DNA from: Octopus sinensis
Taxonomy: Eukaryota
NCBI RefSeq assembly: GCF_006345805.1
Contig: NC_042997.1
Coordinates: forward strand, 185,504,001 to 185,568,000
DNA: 64,000 bases
Direction: 5' to 3'
The notes under the pieces are model-generated. The model was not told where the DNA came from and searched no databases. It worked only from the letters and a program-made list of their open reading frames with translations. Position numbers and translations under genes: made by a program. Positions 39,529 to 52,353 of this stretch are shown here, in pieces. How positions within the stretch are numbered: the first letter of the stretch is position 1; the number at the start of each line of letters is the position of its first letter.

Positions 39529-39561
39529 AGAGAGAGAGAGTGTGTGTGTGTGTGTGTCTGT

Positions 39562-39607
<46 letters not shown>

Positions 39608-39816
39608 TGTGTGTGTAAGGTCCTAAATTTCTTCCATTTTACTTTTAATCAGCGAAGAATCCTTTCATTTCAGATTTTAAGAGATTTCACTTTCAAAATA
39701 TTTCTAATCAATCGGAGTGTATGATAATTATTTATTTATTACACACTCCGTTAATTATTCACCAATCAATTTTTACAAACGCCTTGATTGATGACCCTGT
39801 ACACAAACATGCTATA

Positions 39817-39847
<31 letters not shown>

Positions 39848-40131
39848 TGACCACTACCATAATCATCATCATCATCATCATCTTGAGGAAGATAGAGAAG
39901 GAAGAAAAATCCATCGTCGGAGAACTGGCGGAAGTGATAAACACATGTAGACCGTACACTTGAGTGTAATTTTTACTCTTTGTTCAATTTATAGCGATAC
40001 TGGCTTATTTTAGTTTGAAACTTTCTCACATCTTTATGAGTTTCATATTAAAACACTTGTAAACAAATCTGTCACACCCTCCATTTCCCTTTACTCCTTC
40101 TATTTGTGTCATCAATATTTTAACCTCTCTT

Positions 40132-40920
40132 AAGGCGGCGACCTGGCAGAATTGTTAGCAAGCCGGGCAAAATGCTTAGCGGTATTTTGGCCGTCTTTAT
40201 CTTCTGAGTACTAATTCCGCCGAGGTCGACTTTGCCTTTCATCCTTTCGGGGTCGATAAATTAAGTACCAGTTACGCACTGGGGTTGATATAATCGACTT
40301 AATCCGTTTGTCTGTCCTTGTTTGTCCTCTCTGTGTTTAGCCCCTTGTGGGTAGTCTGCCGTTACGTTCTGAGTTCCAATACCACTGAGGTTGACTTTGC
40401 CTTTCATCCTTTCGGGCTCGATAAATTAAGTACCAGTTACGCACTGGGGTTGATATAATCCACTTAATCCGTTTGTCTGTCCTTGTTTGTCCTCTCTGTG
40501 TTTAGCCCCTTGTGGGTAGTAAAGAAATAGGTATTTCGTCTGTCGTTACGTTCTGAGTTCCAATACCACTGAGGTTGACTTTGCCTTTCATCCTTTCGGG
40601 GTCGATAAATTAAGTACCAGTTACGCACTTGTGTCGATGTAATCGGCTTAATTCGTTTGTCTGTCCTTGTTTGTCCCCTCTATGTTTAGCCCTTAGTGGG
40701 CAATAAAGAAATAAGAAACGTCAGCACGCCGGGCGAAATGCTTAGTGGTCTTTCTCGTCTGGTCTTTACGTTCTGAGTTCAAATTTCACCGAGGTCGACT
40801 TTGCCTTTCATCTTTTCAGGATCGATAAATTAAGTAACAGTTGCGTACTGGGGTCGATCTAATCGACTGGCCCCCTCCCCCAAAGTTTCGGGCCTTGTGC
40901 CCAGAGTAGGAAAGAATATT
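40132..40920 (+). mobile_element. SINE B multimer: three units, a re-initiated head, then the variant tail
   Basis: Head at 40132; repeated cctttcatcctttcgggg; second head agaaacgtcagcacgccggg at about 40715; ends ccaaagtttcgggccttgtgccc. Confidence 0.85.
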
Positions 40921-41386
40921 TTTATCTATCACACGCGTCCTCTCATCTCCTCACATCTGCGCTTTCAGACCATAAACTTAACGATTACACATACACATAC
41001 GACACCTTGAACCCCAACTAACGCACAACGCTATACTAGCAAACTGGGATACATTTACACATGTGCACGCATCCAACAAAACCATACTCAGACCACTCCT
41101 CATTTTATTGGCTCCGTGACAAACGTACACCTACTTACTTGCTCATACACACTTACTTTCTTATATATATATAGTGACAAAGCTATAGGACGCAGAGTGA
41201 AGCCGCTTGGCACAGATTGACCTTGGCTTCTGCTATGCATGTGCACTAATTTTTAACGTTCTAGCTCACTTCCCCTGCAGTACAGCATTCTCACATGATT
41301 TCTAATCCATTGTCGTTCTTTCTCTCTATCTCTTTCTCTCCCTCTCTCTGCTGTTCCTCTTTCTCACCCTCTCAAGTATTTCCTTT

Positions 41387-41420
41387 ATCCTGACGAAAGA
41401 CTAACGTCGGAAACGTTGAT
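41387..41420 (+). ncRNA. Minimal hammerhead-like motif after a pyrimidine-rich PLE-like tract
   Basis: AUC-CUGACGA-AA-GAC(UAAC)GUC-G-GAAA-CG-UU^GAU; core intact, extra unpaired bases at helix II, helix I only 3 bp. Confidence 0.5.
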
Positions 41421-43412
41421 TTGCTTCCTCTTTCCATTAGAATATTAAGAAAATATTGTTTGTTAAACCTATTCCATCCATAGTGTCTTTTTTTTTAGTG
41501 TTTCTACTATCTACACTACATGTATATAAAGTACATATTTAACATTTATATAATGGACACACTCAGATACACACACGAACATACAAAATATACACACACT
41601 GACACACACACAAACTCGCTCACACACAGACATACACATATATATATTATGTGTGTTTATATAAAGTGTAAACAAAGAGAATTCACTCCTTGACCCAACA
41701 GATATCATTTTTGGTAAATACTAGTGAATTTCTTATTTCATTTGAACGGAGTTTGCTTCACAATATCATATTCAGAGGCAGGTCAATGTATCTTACAGAA
41801 GTCTGTGCCAAAAGCAATACTAAATCTATCAAAATGAAGTCCAATAAGATTGGATGTGATGTCTCCGTCTAAGATTTCGGTGAAATATCTTCATCTAACT
41901 TTAAAATGATTTATTTATCAGATCGCAATGTTAAACATGGTTTGCTAACAATAATTGAGTTTCCTAGTCCGTTATTTCTTTTATAATTACTCTTTATAAT
42001 GTTAAATGTACAGAATACAATATACAATGAACTAAGCCAAATTTCAATATGGGAAAAAGACAAATACTCCACCAACCCACCGATGCTAAGTAGAAAAAGT
42101 TATGCTTTTATATATATGTATTTACTTCAAGTTGTTTATCTCATCCTTTATTCTTTTAGTCAAGAGCGCCAGCATGTATGACGCACCATATTTTATCAGG
42201 TTTTGTATTAATCTTACTCATTTTATCTCCGGGGAATATTTTGGATAGATTTCTATACAAAGATTTGGAAAGCAGTTACTAAGCATCCCGTCTCGGGAAT
42301 TTTTGTTAATATTACATAACAATACTAGTTTGTTTTATGTGTTGAAAGTAAATTACAGAATAATAAAATAAGTATTAATATTTCTGAAAGAATTTCTGTA
42401 AATATTCATCCCTTGAATATAATACAATAAAAAAAGCCTCTGCCCTATCACTCAACCTGATGAAATAGCAGCCAAATATCCCTCAACCAACAACTCACAT
42501 CTCATAAAATGGATGATTCACGGGATAAAAGTCGAGTCATGCTGAAATATCAATAACATTTCTAATTTTCTAGCTTCTACAGTTTTGAATGGACATCATT
42601 AAAAGTCAGAACAAGAGAACAGTCAAGAATTATTGGACTTCATTGGACCTTGTAGGAACGCTGTTGCTGTTTTTCTTATCACACTAACTGTAAACCATAT
42701 GCTTTAATGCCAACTTGATTTAAGACAGCTGAAATGCGTTCATGCAAGCATCACGCAAACACCACCCAAATGAAAACAGACACAGGTGTAAATTCGTACG
42801 CACACATATATAGAATAATGCAGACACTCAGATACACACGCATAATATATATACAGGCTTGGCTGTATTGTAGGAAGCTTGCTTCCCAACTATATAGATC
42901 CGGCTTCAGTCCTACTGCGTGGCACCTTGGGTAAGTGCCTTGTGCTTACAGCGTTGGTCCGACCAAATCCTTGAACGGAAACTGAAAGAAGGTTTGAGGG
43001 AAGAGGAAAAGCTTAGAGAGAAACATAATAACAAAGAAAATCATAATAACATGGTAATAACAGAGTAATATTTCAAGGATAAAGAAAAGAACATTTTATT
43101 TTGATGCTTAAAGTAGTAAACTCTCTCAGCAGAAAAAAAGGTGATTTTAATAAACCGATAATTAAATTTCTGAAGTTATGCATCAGGTACAATGCTCATG
43201 TTGCTAACTACGGGGCAAAAATGAAGATAGGGAAAAATGAAGGTATAGAAAGGGACGTTAGACTTTCAAATAAATTTTCATCCTGCTTTTAACAGATTTC
43301 TAACGACTCAGCCTATTCCGTTACCTAGAGTTAGGAGAGGTCATTTTCCCCCGTGTAGTTTTAGACTTTTTTATTTATTTTTCTGAAAGGAATTCATTTT
43401 GGGACCGTATAC

Positions 43413-43445
<33 letters not shown>

Positions 43446-43699
43446 TGTATGTATGTATGTATGTATGTATGTATGTGTATTCATACACACACACAACACA
43501 CACACAAACATATATGTTTATACACACGTATGTATATGCATCTACATATACACTTATATAAATAAGCATATATAAGAGACCGATAAAATAAGTACTGGGC
43601 TTACAAAAGAATAGTCCTGGGGTCGATTTGCTCGATTAAAGGCAGTGCTTCAGCATGGCCACAGTCAAATGACTGAAACAAGTAAAAGAGTAAAAGAGA

Positions 43700-43746
<47 letters not shown>

Positions 43747-43763
43747 ATATATATATGCACACA

Positions 43764-44542
43764 CAACCAATGCATCCCGGTGTTGCCTGGCCATTAATAC
43801 CGACAACCATATTGTATTTTGTTCCTTTCTTATGGGAAGAATCAGCACAGCTGATATAAAGTGAAATGTATTGCTGGCGTAATGCCAGTTGTCATTTGTT
43901 TAAAAGTGAGGGTGGGGGCTACAATTTGTATGAATTTGCATGAAAGTGCTTTCCTTTCTTAAGAAGGATCACTAGCTATGTAATGTGTCATCGTATAAAA
44001 GGGGGTTAATACAATTTTACCCAGAGATCACGTTTTTCAAAATTTTAGTTTCCCCTCGTCCACACCCCAATTTCTTAATTTGTTTCATTTTATGATTTTC
44101 TCTTTTTATTCATGTACAAAAATACTGAGATTACAAATCTGGGAAATATATATATTTTTTAAATTTTAATTTCTCTTAAAGGAACACTCCCTTTTATATA
44201 TATGGAGGTGTCCCTGTCTGTCGTTTTCTCTGGCCGTCTCTCACATTCCCCGTGTGTCTATCTCTTACTGTCTCTGCCCCATCCCTAATATCAGCCACCC
44301 TCATTATACCACATATTCCTGAACCTAAAATTTGTGCACCCCCTTCATTTTATCATGTAATATCCCAACTCCCGTAATCGGTCCATTATCAATTTTTCTT
44401 GAAATTCAGTTAGCCTGTATTTGAACTGGAAGTTTGTTCAACATCTATACAAATTTTGGTGAAGATTGGTTCCCTGGTTTCGGCAGCAAGATGGTAACAA
44501 ACAGACGGACAGACAGACAGAATTTGCAATTTATATATAAGA
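43764..44542 (-). mobile_element. Non-autonomous Helitron
   Basis: 5' A|TCTTATATATAAATTGC with (CTGT)n; 3' hairpin ccagg-caaca-ccggg (43776-43790) and decayed CTAG (GTTG|T). Confidence 0.6.
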
Positions 44543-44553
44543 TACATACATAT

Positions 44554-44720
44554 AGGCGCAGGAGTGGCTGTGTGGTAAATAGCTTGCTTACCAACCACAA
44601 GGTTCCGAGTTCAGTCCCACTGCGTAGCACCTTGGGCAAGTGTCTTCTACTATAGCCTCGGGCCGATCAAAGCCTTCTGAATGGATTTGGTAGACGGAAA
44701 CTGAAAGAAGCCCGTCGTAT
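44554..44720 (+). mobile_element. SINE A head
   Basis: ggcgcaggagtggctgtgtggtaa...gaagcccgtcgtat. Confidence 0.85.
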
Positions 44721-44725
44721 GCATG

Positions 44726-44761
<36 letters not shown>

Positions 44762-45407
44762 ATATTATATATATAATAATATATATATGCATATGCATAT
44801 ACATACATACATACATACATACATACATACATGCATATGTGTGTGTGTGTGTGTGTATGTGTGTGTGTGTGCCTGTGTGAGTGAGTGTATGCATTACTGA
44901 GAGAGTGGAAGAGGTAAGATGGAAAGAGGGTAGAAAAATAGCGAGATAGAAAAGGGAATGCGATTGAGTTGTGAGGAGCCGAGTCGATAGGGTCCATTTA
45001 TTTGAGGAAATGATCAGCAATTCATAATCTGCAAAAGCCTTTAAAACTCAATTGCCCATTACATTTAGCCGTAAGTAGTCAGTAGCTTGCTACGAGGTAA
45101 AATTGTACAACACCCCACTGTAGAGGTATCATGAGAGTGATTTGCTTGCATTTCTGCATTCAGTTCCTCTCAAGAGAATATTTTCGAGATGGAAGGACTT
45201 CACAAGACTCGTTTGCTTTTAGGTGCACAGTTTGATAGTTTCGGTGCGTTTTGGACCACTTATTCGTTTATATATTTCACTCTGGCGTTCACTCTCTCTC
45301 TCTATATATATGTTTCAGTATATAAATATGATAAACGTCTGAATACATATCAGATATTGTATTAATAGAGGAAACAATGAAAGAACTAGTGATGATGATG
45401 ATGATGT

Positions 45408-45441
<34 letters not shown>

Positions 45442-45569
45442 AATGATGATGATCATGATCATGATCATAATCATCATCATTATCATCAACATACCTCTGT
45501 TGTTGCTGTTGCTGCTTCTACAGCTGCTGCCACCAGCACCACCACTACTACTACTACTACTCTTTTTCT

Positions 45570-45749
45570 TTTTTACTTCTTTCAGCCATTTTGACTGCGG
45601 CCATGCTGGAGCACCGCCTTTAGTCTAGCAAATCATCCCCAGGACTTATTCTTGTAAGCCTAGTACTTATTCTATCGGTCTCTTTTTGCCGAACCGCTAA
45701 GTTACGGGAACGTAAATACACCAGCATCGGTTGTCAAGCGATGCTGGGA

Positions 45750-45780
<31 letters not shown>

Positions 45781-45961
45781 TATACATGCACATACATATA
45801 TATATATACGACGGGCTTCTTTCAATTTCCGTCTATCAAATCCACTCACAAGGCTTTCGTCGGCCCGAGGCTGACACTTGCCCAAGGTGCCACGGAGTGG
45901 CAATGAACCCGGAACCATGTGGTTGGTAAACAAGCTACTTACCACACAGCCACTCCTGCGT
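45570..45961 (-). mobile_element. SINE A, near full length
   Basis: Tail, CA tract and head on the minus strand. Confidence 0.88.
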
Positions 45962-45962
45962 C

Positions 45963-46008
<46 letters not shown>

Positions 46009-46109
46009 TCATTCTTCTTTTCCTTCTTCTTCTTCTTCTTCTTCTTCTTCTTCTTCTTCTTCTTCTTCTTCTTCTTCTTCTTCTCTTCTTCTTCTTCTTC
46101 TTCTTCTGT

Positions 46110-46164
<55 letters not shown>

Positions 46165-46854
46165 CATCATTATTATTATTCAATATACATTGAATAGGAG
46201 GATTACAGATATGTGAGGGTATGACAGACAAATATAAAGACGCGATATGGAATTAGTAAAGTGACAAGTAAAAAGTTTATTAACAGAAATAATTCCATAG
46301 AAATAAATTAAAATCTATAATAAAACGAATGTAATTTAGATATAAACATAAAAAAGTATTTAGAAATCCCACAGGTACACGGCTGAAAAACCACAAAATA
46401 AGTCGATTAGGGCACTCGGTACTTCTGTCTACTCCAATCTAGCCTGCTGGTGGAATCGTTACAGCGCCAGAAAAAGCTGCGTAGCAGCATTTTTTACGCA
46501 CGTATGTTCTGAGTTCAAATTTAGTAGCGATCGACTTCAGCTTTCATCCTTTCGGGATCGATAAGATAAGTACCAGTTGAACATTGGGGCCAAATGAAAT
46601 CGACTTACTCGCACTCCTGAAATTTCTGGCCCTTTGTTAAAATCTGAAACCAATGTTTATATCCGCCCACCGTGACTCCAAACGTAATGCAGCCTCGCGT
46701 CCCACAAAACTGCCCGTTAATACTTTTATGGGTAGATTGGAGTTGATAATAACTCATGTGTTCAAGATGCATGCATGTATACATACATACATACATATCT
46801 GAAATTATTGTCTTCACGTTCTGAGTTCAACTTCCCCCGAGATCGACTGCTGCA

Positions 46855-46904
<50 letters not shown>

Positions 46905-46918
46905 CACTACAACTAACG

Positions 46919-46958
<40 letters not shown>

Positions 46959-46968
46959 CACTACTAAT

Positions 46969-47021
<53 letters not shown>

Positions 47022-47044
47022 CACCACCACCACCACCACCACCA

Positions 47045-47096
<52 letters not shown>

Positions 47097-47100
<4 letters not shown>

Positions 47101-47587
47101 ATGTTTGATAAAATAAAAGTTATTTACCTAAGTAAATCAACTGCTTCAAAATAGTCATTTTGTGCAGCAATACACCGATCCCAACGTTTCTGCCGCTTTT
47201 GGAATCCGGCTTAGAAGTCGTTTTCCGTAATCGACTCGAGGATCTTCTGTGATTCGTTCTGGATCTCGACAATGGTGGTAAAACGGCGACCTTTGAGCCG
47301 CATTTTCATCTTGGAGAAGTAATGGAAGTCTGCAGGTGCTAAATCTGGCGAGTAGGGCGAACGCAGAAGCGATACCATGTTGTCTTTGGTGAGAATCTCA
47401 CTATAGAGGAAAGCTCGTAGAAGAATTCAATTCTTCGATCTCCACAGATTCGGTAGCTTTCATCAAATGTCTTTCCACAAATGTTTCAAAACGTCGCAGT
47501 AGAACTTTCGATTGATGACCTGGTCTTGGGGAAGGAACACTCGATGTGCAATACCACATTTTCAAGCGTGACGCTCGTGGCAGGTGA
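47097..47587 (-). mobile_element. mariner remnant, same family as 51052-51957
   Basis: Collinear with 51090-51580; PYSPDLAPADFH motif. Confidence 0.8.
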
Positions 47588-47952
47588 TTACTTTGTAGAC
47601 CCCAAACGGATGAAAGGTAAAGTCGACCTCGCCAGAAATTGAACCTAAAACCTAAAGACAGACGAAAAGCTGCTAAGCATTTTTCTCGGCGTCCTAACAA
47701 CAATAACCACAATTGTACTGGTTTCAAATTTTGGTACAAATTGGGCCAGTGCGAGGGAGGGGGATAGTCAATTACATCGACTCCAGTATTCAACTGGTAC
47801 TTATTTTATCGACTCCCGAAATATGAAACGGAAAGTCGATTTCGGGGGAACTTGAACTCAGAACGTGAAAATAAATTAAATGCCGCTAAGCATTTTGTCC
47901 GGGGTGCTAACGATGCTGCCAGCTCATCACCGTTAGAAGGATGGAGTTCAAC

Positions 47953-48501
47953 TGTATCGAAATAGTTGCCAGCTGACGACTATTCTCAGGTGTGATCTGG
48001 TTACTACGTTACTGTTGCGTGTGCTGGAGATTTGAAATAGAGACACCTGTCTTCTCTTCGTCGACGCAGACCTCTCTGCGGTAACGCACCCTTCCACGTG
48101 GCCCGACCCGAACGCTAAAAATAGCAGCTGCTTTCCCCTACCTTGACAAAGCGCTCACGAGTCCAGCACTACCCCGATCGAAAAGGCCCAATGCTCCCCT
48201 GCCTGCGAGCGCATCACTCCTGCCCCTTCCTCTTCCGGTTAGCCCCAAGTTCCGGTCAGCTCCCCAGCTGCTGACATCATCCCACAATTAAATGGGATCT
48301 TTTATCTGTTACGTTTCTGCCATGGGCTGCATCGCCCCTTCATAGACAACCTGGTCCTGATCAGCTCCCTCACCGGCTCCATTTTGACGCTGTGCTTAGC
48401 GTCGATACACAATCGCCATAGAAGACCGAATACCAGGACTGTTGTACTCAAACCTTCCAAGCAGCCAAAGCTACTAGTGGCTGGATAATAGGTACGCCAC
48501 A
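47953..48501. mobile_element. GC-rich segment, possible solo LTR
   Basis: Begins TGTATCG and ends CGCCACA (imperfect TG..CA inverted ends); sharp GC rise; no TSD, PBS or ORF seen. Confidence 0.3.
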
Positions 48502-48981
48502 AGAAAGAAGGATAAAAAGGAAAAGAAAAATGGAAGACAGAAAGAAAGAAAGAAAGAAAGAATGCTAGAGAGAAAAAGATTGCGTATTGTTGTTATTTGA
48601 TATTTGTCTGCTCTGTGCTGGAGGAGTGAGTCAAACCTAATGCATTTTACGAATTTTCCTTACCAAGAACCCGAGCTGTGTGATACTATTAAATGGCCTG
48701 TAACGCTGATTCCCTTGCCAATCTCAGGAATGTCCATGACGCTAGGGGAGTTAAAAAGTGAACAGAAGATGGTTATTTATTATCACGTTCTCCGCCTTAA
48801 GAAACTTAAGTACGTACGTCCCTAACGATATGTATTGACATTTATGGAACGTTTAGACACCTACACCTCTCGTATACATTCGTGAATAAGCAATGGTAAA
48901 CACTCACGCGCATTCATTGTAACTATATATGTATGCATGCATCCGTGTACATATATTTATGGATGCATAGGTGCGCGTATG

Positions 48982-49020
<39 letters not shown>

Positions 49021-49024
<4 letters not shown>

Positions 49025-49466
49025 GATAATAAATATTAGGGAATAAATCCAAATTTAACAGGGAAAAAAATCAGATTTATGATTAAATCGATTTTATAGT
49101 AAAATATTATAAAATATTATTCGAGACAAAACCACTATTTTGCAAAACAAACAAGGAAAGACTTAATCAATACATAAAATTTTAATAATAGTCAAAAAAA
49201 CCGCCACTACAATCGTTCTTGTCTTGATCGACAATCTTCAGGTGGACTTCCAATAATTCAGTGTCAAATTATGACTTCATAATTTGACACTGAATTATTG
49301 GAAGTCCACCTGAAGATTGTCGATCAAGACAAGAACGATTGTAGTGGCGGGTTGTTTTTTGACTATTTATTAAAATTTTATAAATTTTATGTATTAAAAT
49401 TTTATGTATTGATTAAGTCTTTCCTTGTTTGTTTTGCAAAATAGTGTTTTGTCTCGAATAATATTT

Positions 49467-49469
<3 letters not shown>
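49021..49469 (-). mobile_element. Long fold-back hammerhead-bearing element, between (TA)n tracts
   Basis: Arms about 49109-49274 and 49277-49469, 2-nt spacer; both arms carry CCAC-CUGAAGA-UUGUC(6 nt)GACAA-GAA-CGAUUG-UA^GUGG. Confidence 0.75.
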
Positions 49470-49539
<70 letters not shown>

Positions 49540-49741
49540 ATAAATTATTATATATATATATACTCGAATTATTACGAATTGGACAGCCATGAAACGATCG
49601 TAATGTTTTACTCTTTATCTTTTATTAAACTTTTAATACTTTTGAGATATATATTAAAATAATATAAATTAATTAATTTTATGTATTGGCTTAAGTTTTT
49701 CATTGTTTGATTTGCCTAATAGTCGTTTTATCTCTAATTTA

Positions 49742-49807
<66 letters not shown>

Positions 49808-49834
49808 ATATATATACATACATACATACATCCA

Positions 49835-49867
<33 letters not shown>

Positions 49868-51051
49868 GCGATTTACATATGTATACATAAGCAGGATTGT
49901 AGGATTGTATACATGTATGATTTTCTTTGGGATATATTTTCGGACCTTCGCAGAATTCAAACCAGTTAGTAACAACAGGATCAGGCATTGTTTGTTTAGA
50001 ATAAGGTAATTCTAAGGATCTGTGCGTGCATGTCAGTGCGTCCGTGTGTGTCTATGTGCGTGTATGGGTGTACACTTGTACCTGTATAATAGACGTGCAC
50101 TTACCTCTTGTACACGAGTCTTAGTTTTTCATTACCCTTTATGTATATGTGAGTATGACAGCTACACGTATGATGGTGCCTATTTTCATTTCAGCAAACA
50201 CATTTCCCCCATCCTATTACGCGATTGGATTTGGAATACACGGGTTAGCTTTTTTACTTTTTCTTGTATTTAGTATTTCTTGTATGTATGTATGTATGTA
50301 TGTATGTATGTATGTATGTATGTATGTATGTCATTATTCAATATTATTTCAAGATTTGTTGCCAATAGAAAAGAGCTGGTTTCTAACCTAGTACAAATGC
50401 TCCTTCATTGGAATTTCAACATCAACATCAGGGTATGCAAGTATGTTTGTATGTATGTATGTATGTATGTATGTATGTATGTATGTATGTATATATGTAT
50501 GTACGCGTGTATGTATGTCATTGTTCAGTTTCAAAATTTCTTGCCAATAGAGAAAGAGCCGGTTTCTTACCTAGATTCTAGGCTACTTCATTGAATTTCA
50601 ACACCAGCAGGGTATTTTTGTATGTATGTATGTATGTATGTATGTATGTATGTATGTATGTATGTATGTATGTATGTATGTATGTATGTATGGTTCTCTT
50701 CTGTTTTAAATTATTTAAATTCTTCCTGTGAGGCAAGAGCTGGTTTCTAACACAGGTACAAAACTCCATCATTAGAACATAGATAACAAAATAATGCCGC
50801 ATTTTCAACTCGAGAAAAGTTTTGCATATATTTACTGTTCCACTTACAGTTTGTATTTCTAATGTACAAGTTGTTTCATTTCTTTTCCTGAAAATTCAAG
50901 TTTATGTAGACTGTCAGTTAAATATTTACTCAGAAAATCCAGTGGAACAATTATTTGCAATCTGAGAATAGAAACTGGATGTTTCCAAACAGTTGTCCAT
51001 AGTTGTCTTTTTCCCTTTGATTTTCGAAGAACAGCTGATCTCTATGACGGT

Positions 51052-51957
51052 ACATAAGAGGTGGCATCCGAAGGTTCCTGCTCGACTTATGTTTGATAAA
51101 AAAAATAACTTATTTACCTAAGTTTTAGCATAATCTGCTTCAAAATAGTCATTTTGTGCAGTAATACACCGATCCCAACGTTTCTGCCGCTTTTGGAATC
51201 CGGCCGAGAAATCGTTTTCCGTAATCGAGTCGAAGATCTTCTGTGATTCGTTATGGATCTCAACAATAGTGGTAAAACGGCGACCTTTGAGTTGCATTTT
51301 CATCTTGGGGAAGTGATGGAAGTCTGCAGGGGCTAAATTTGGCGAGTAGGGTGAATATGGAAGCGATACCATGTTGTGTTTGGCAAAAAGCTCACTATTG
51401 AGGGGAGCTCGCTGAAGAATTCAAATTCTTCACGCTCCCCAGATTCGGTAGCTTTCGCCGAATGTCTTTCCACAGACATTTCAAAACGTCGCAGTTGAAA
51501 TTTCGATTGATGACCTGGTCCTAGGGAACGAATTCTCAATGTACAATACCACATTTCCAAGGGTGACGCTCGTGGCAGGTCTTCGAGATCTGTTATCGTC
51601 ATTCAGGGATGTTCTTTTCTTCCGCTTTTGAAGCGTTCGTGCCATTCGAAACATTGCGTGCGATCCATTGCCTCTTGCCGAAGCATGTCCAATGTCTCTG
51701 TAGCAGACTTCCCAAGTTTAATGCAAAATTTCGCTTGTGGAACTTTGCTCCCGTCCATGACAAAATCACAGACTATATCGTACACGTGATCACAAAATCT
51801 CAAATTGCAGAACGTGCGAAATAAACACAGCAATGTCACTCAATACACTGCCTCATGAAGGTCACTGCTAGCTCTCACTGCGCGCGCAACCATGTGCTGC
51901 CACCTGTTGGGGCGCTACAGAACTAGTCCGGGAACTTTATCATACCACTTCATACAT
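51052..51957 (-). mobile_element. Internally deleted mariner with both ends
   Basis: MDGSKV...KFCIKLGKSATETLDML...FEWHERFKSGR (51603-51839 ORF); PYSPNLAPADFHHFPKMKMQLKGRRF...WDRCI..DYFE (51118-51372 ORF); decayed TIRs gaggtggcatccgaaggttcc / ggaactttatcataccacttc. Confidence 0.9.
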
Positions 51958-52269
51958 TTTCTTGTTTGTCCCATGTATGTATGTATGCATGTGTGCGTGT
52001 GTGTGTGTGTATGTATCTATTATATATGTATGGTATGTATGTATGTACGTATGTATGTATGTAAGTATGTATGTATGTATGTACGTATGTATGTATGTAT
52101 GTATGCATGTATGTATGTATCTATGTAGAGTAAAGACGTACGTATGCAATATAGAGTGTAAAACAATTTTGATAGTTGCGGCTATCCATACAGTTAGCTG
52201 ATCAGAAAAAGTATTCACCCAGGATTATTTCAAAGCTAAACACCCAGCCGTACATGTGTGTGCATGTGT

Positions 52270-52308
<39 letters not shown>

Positions 52309-52312
52309 TGTG

Positions 52313-52353
<41 letters not shown>

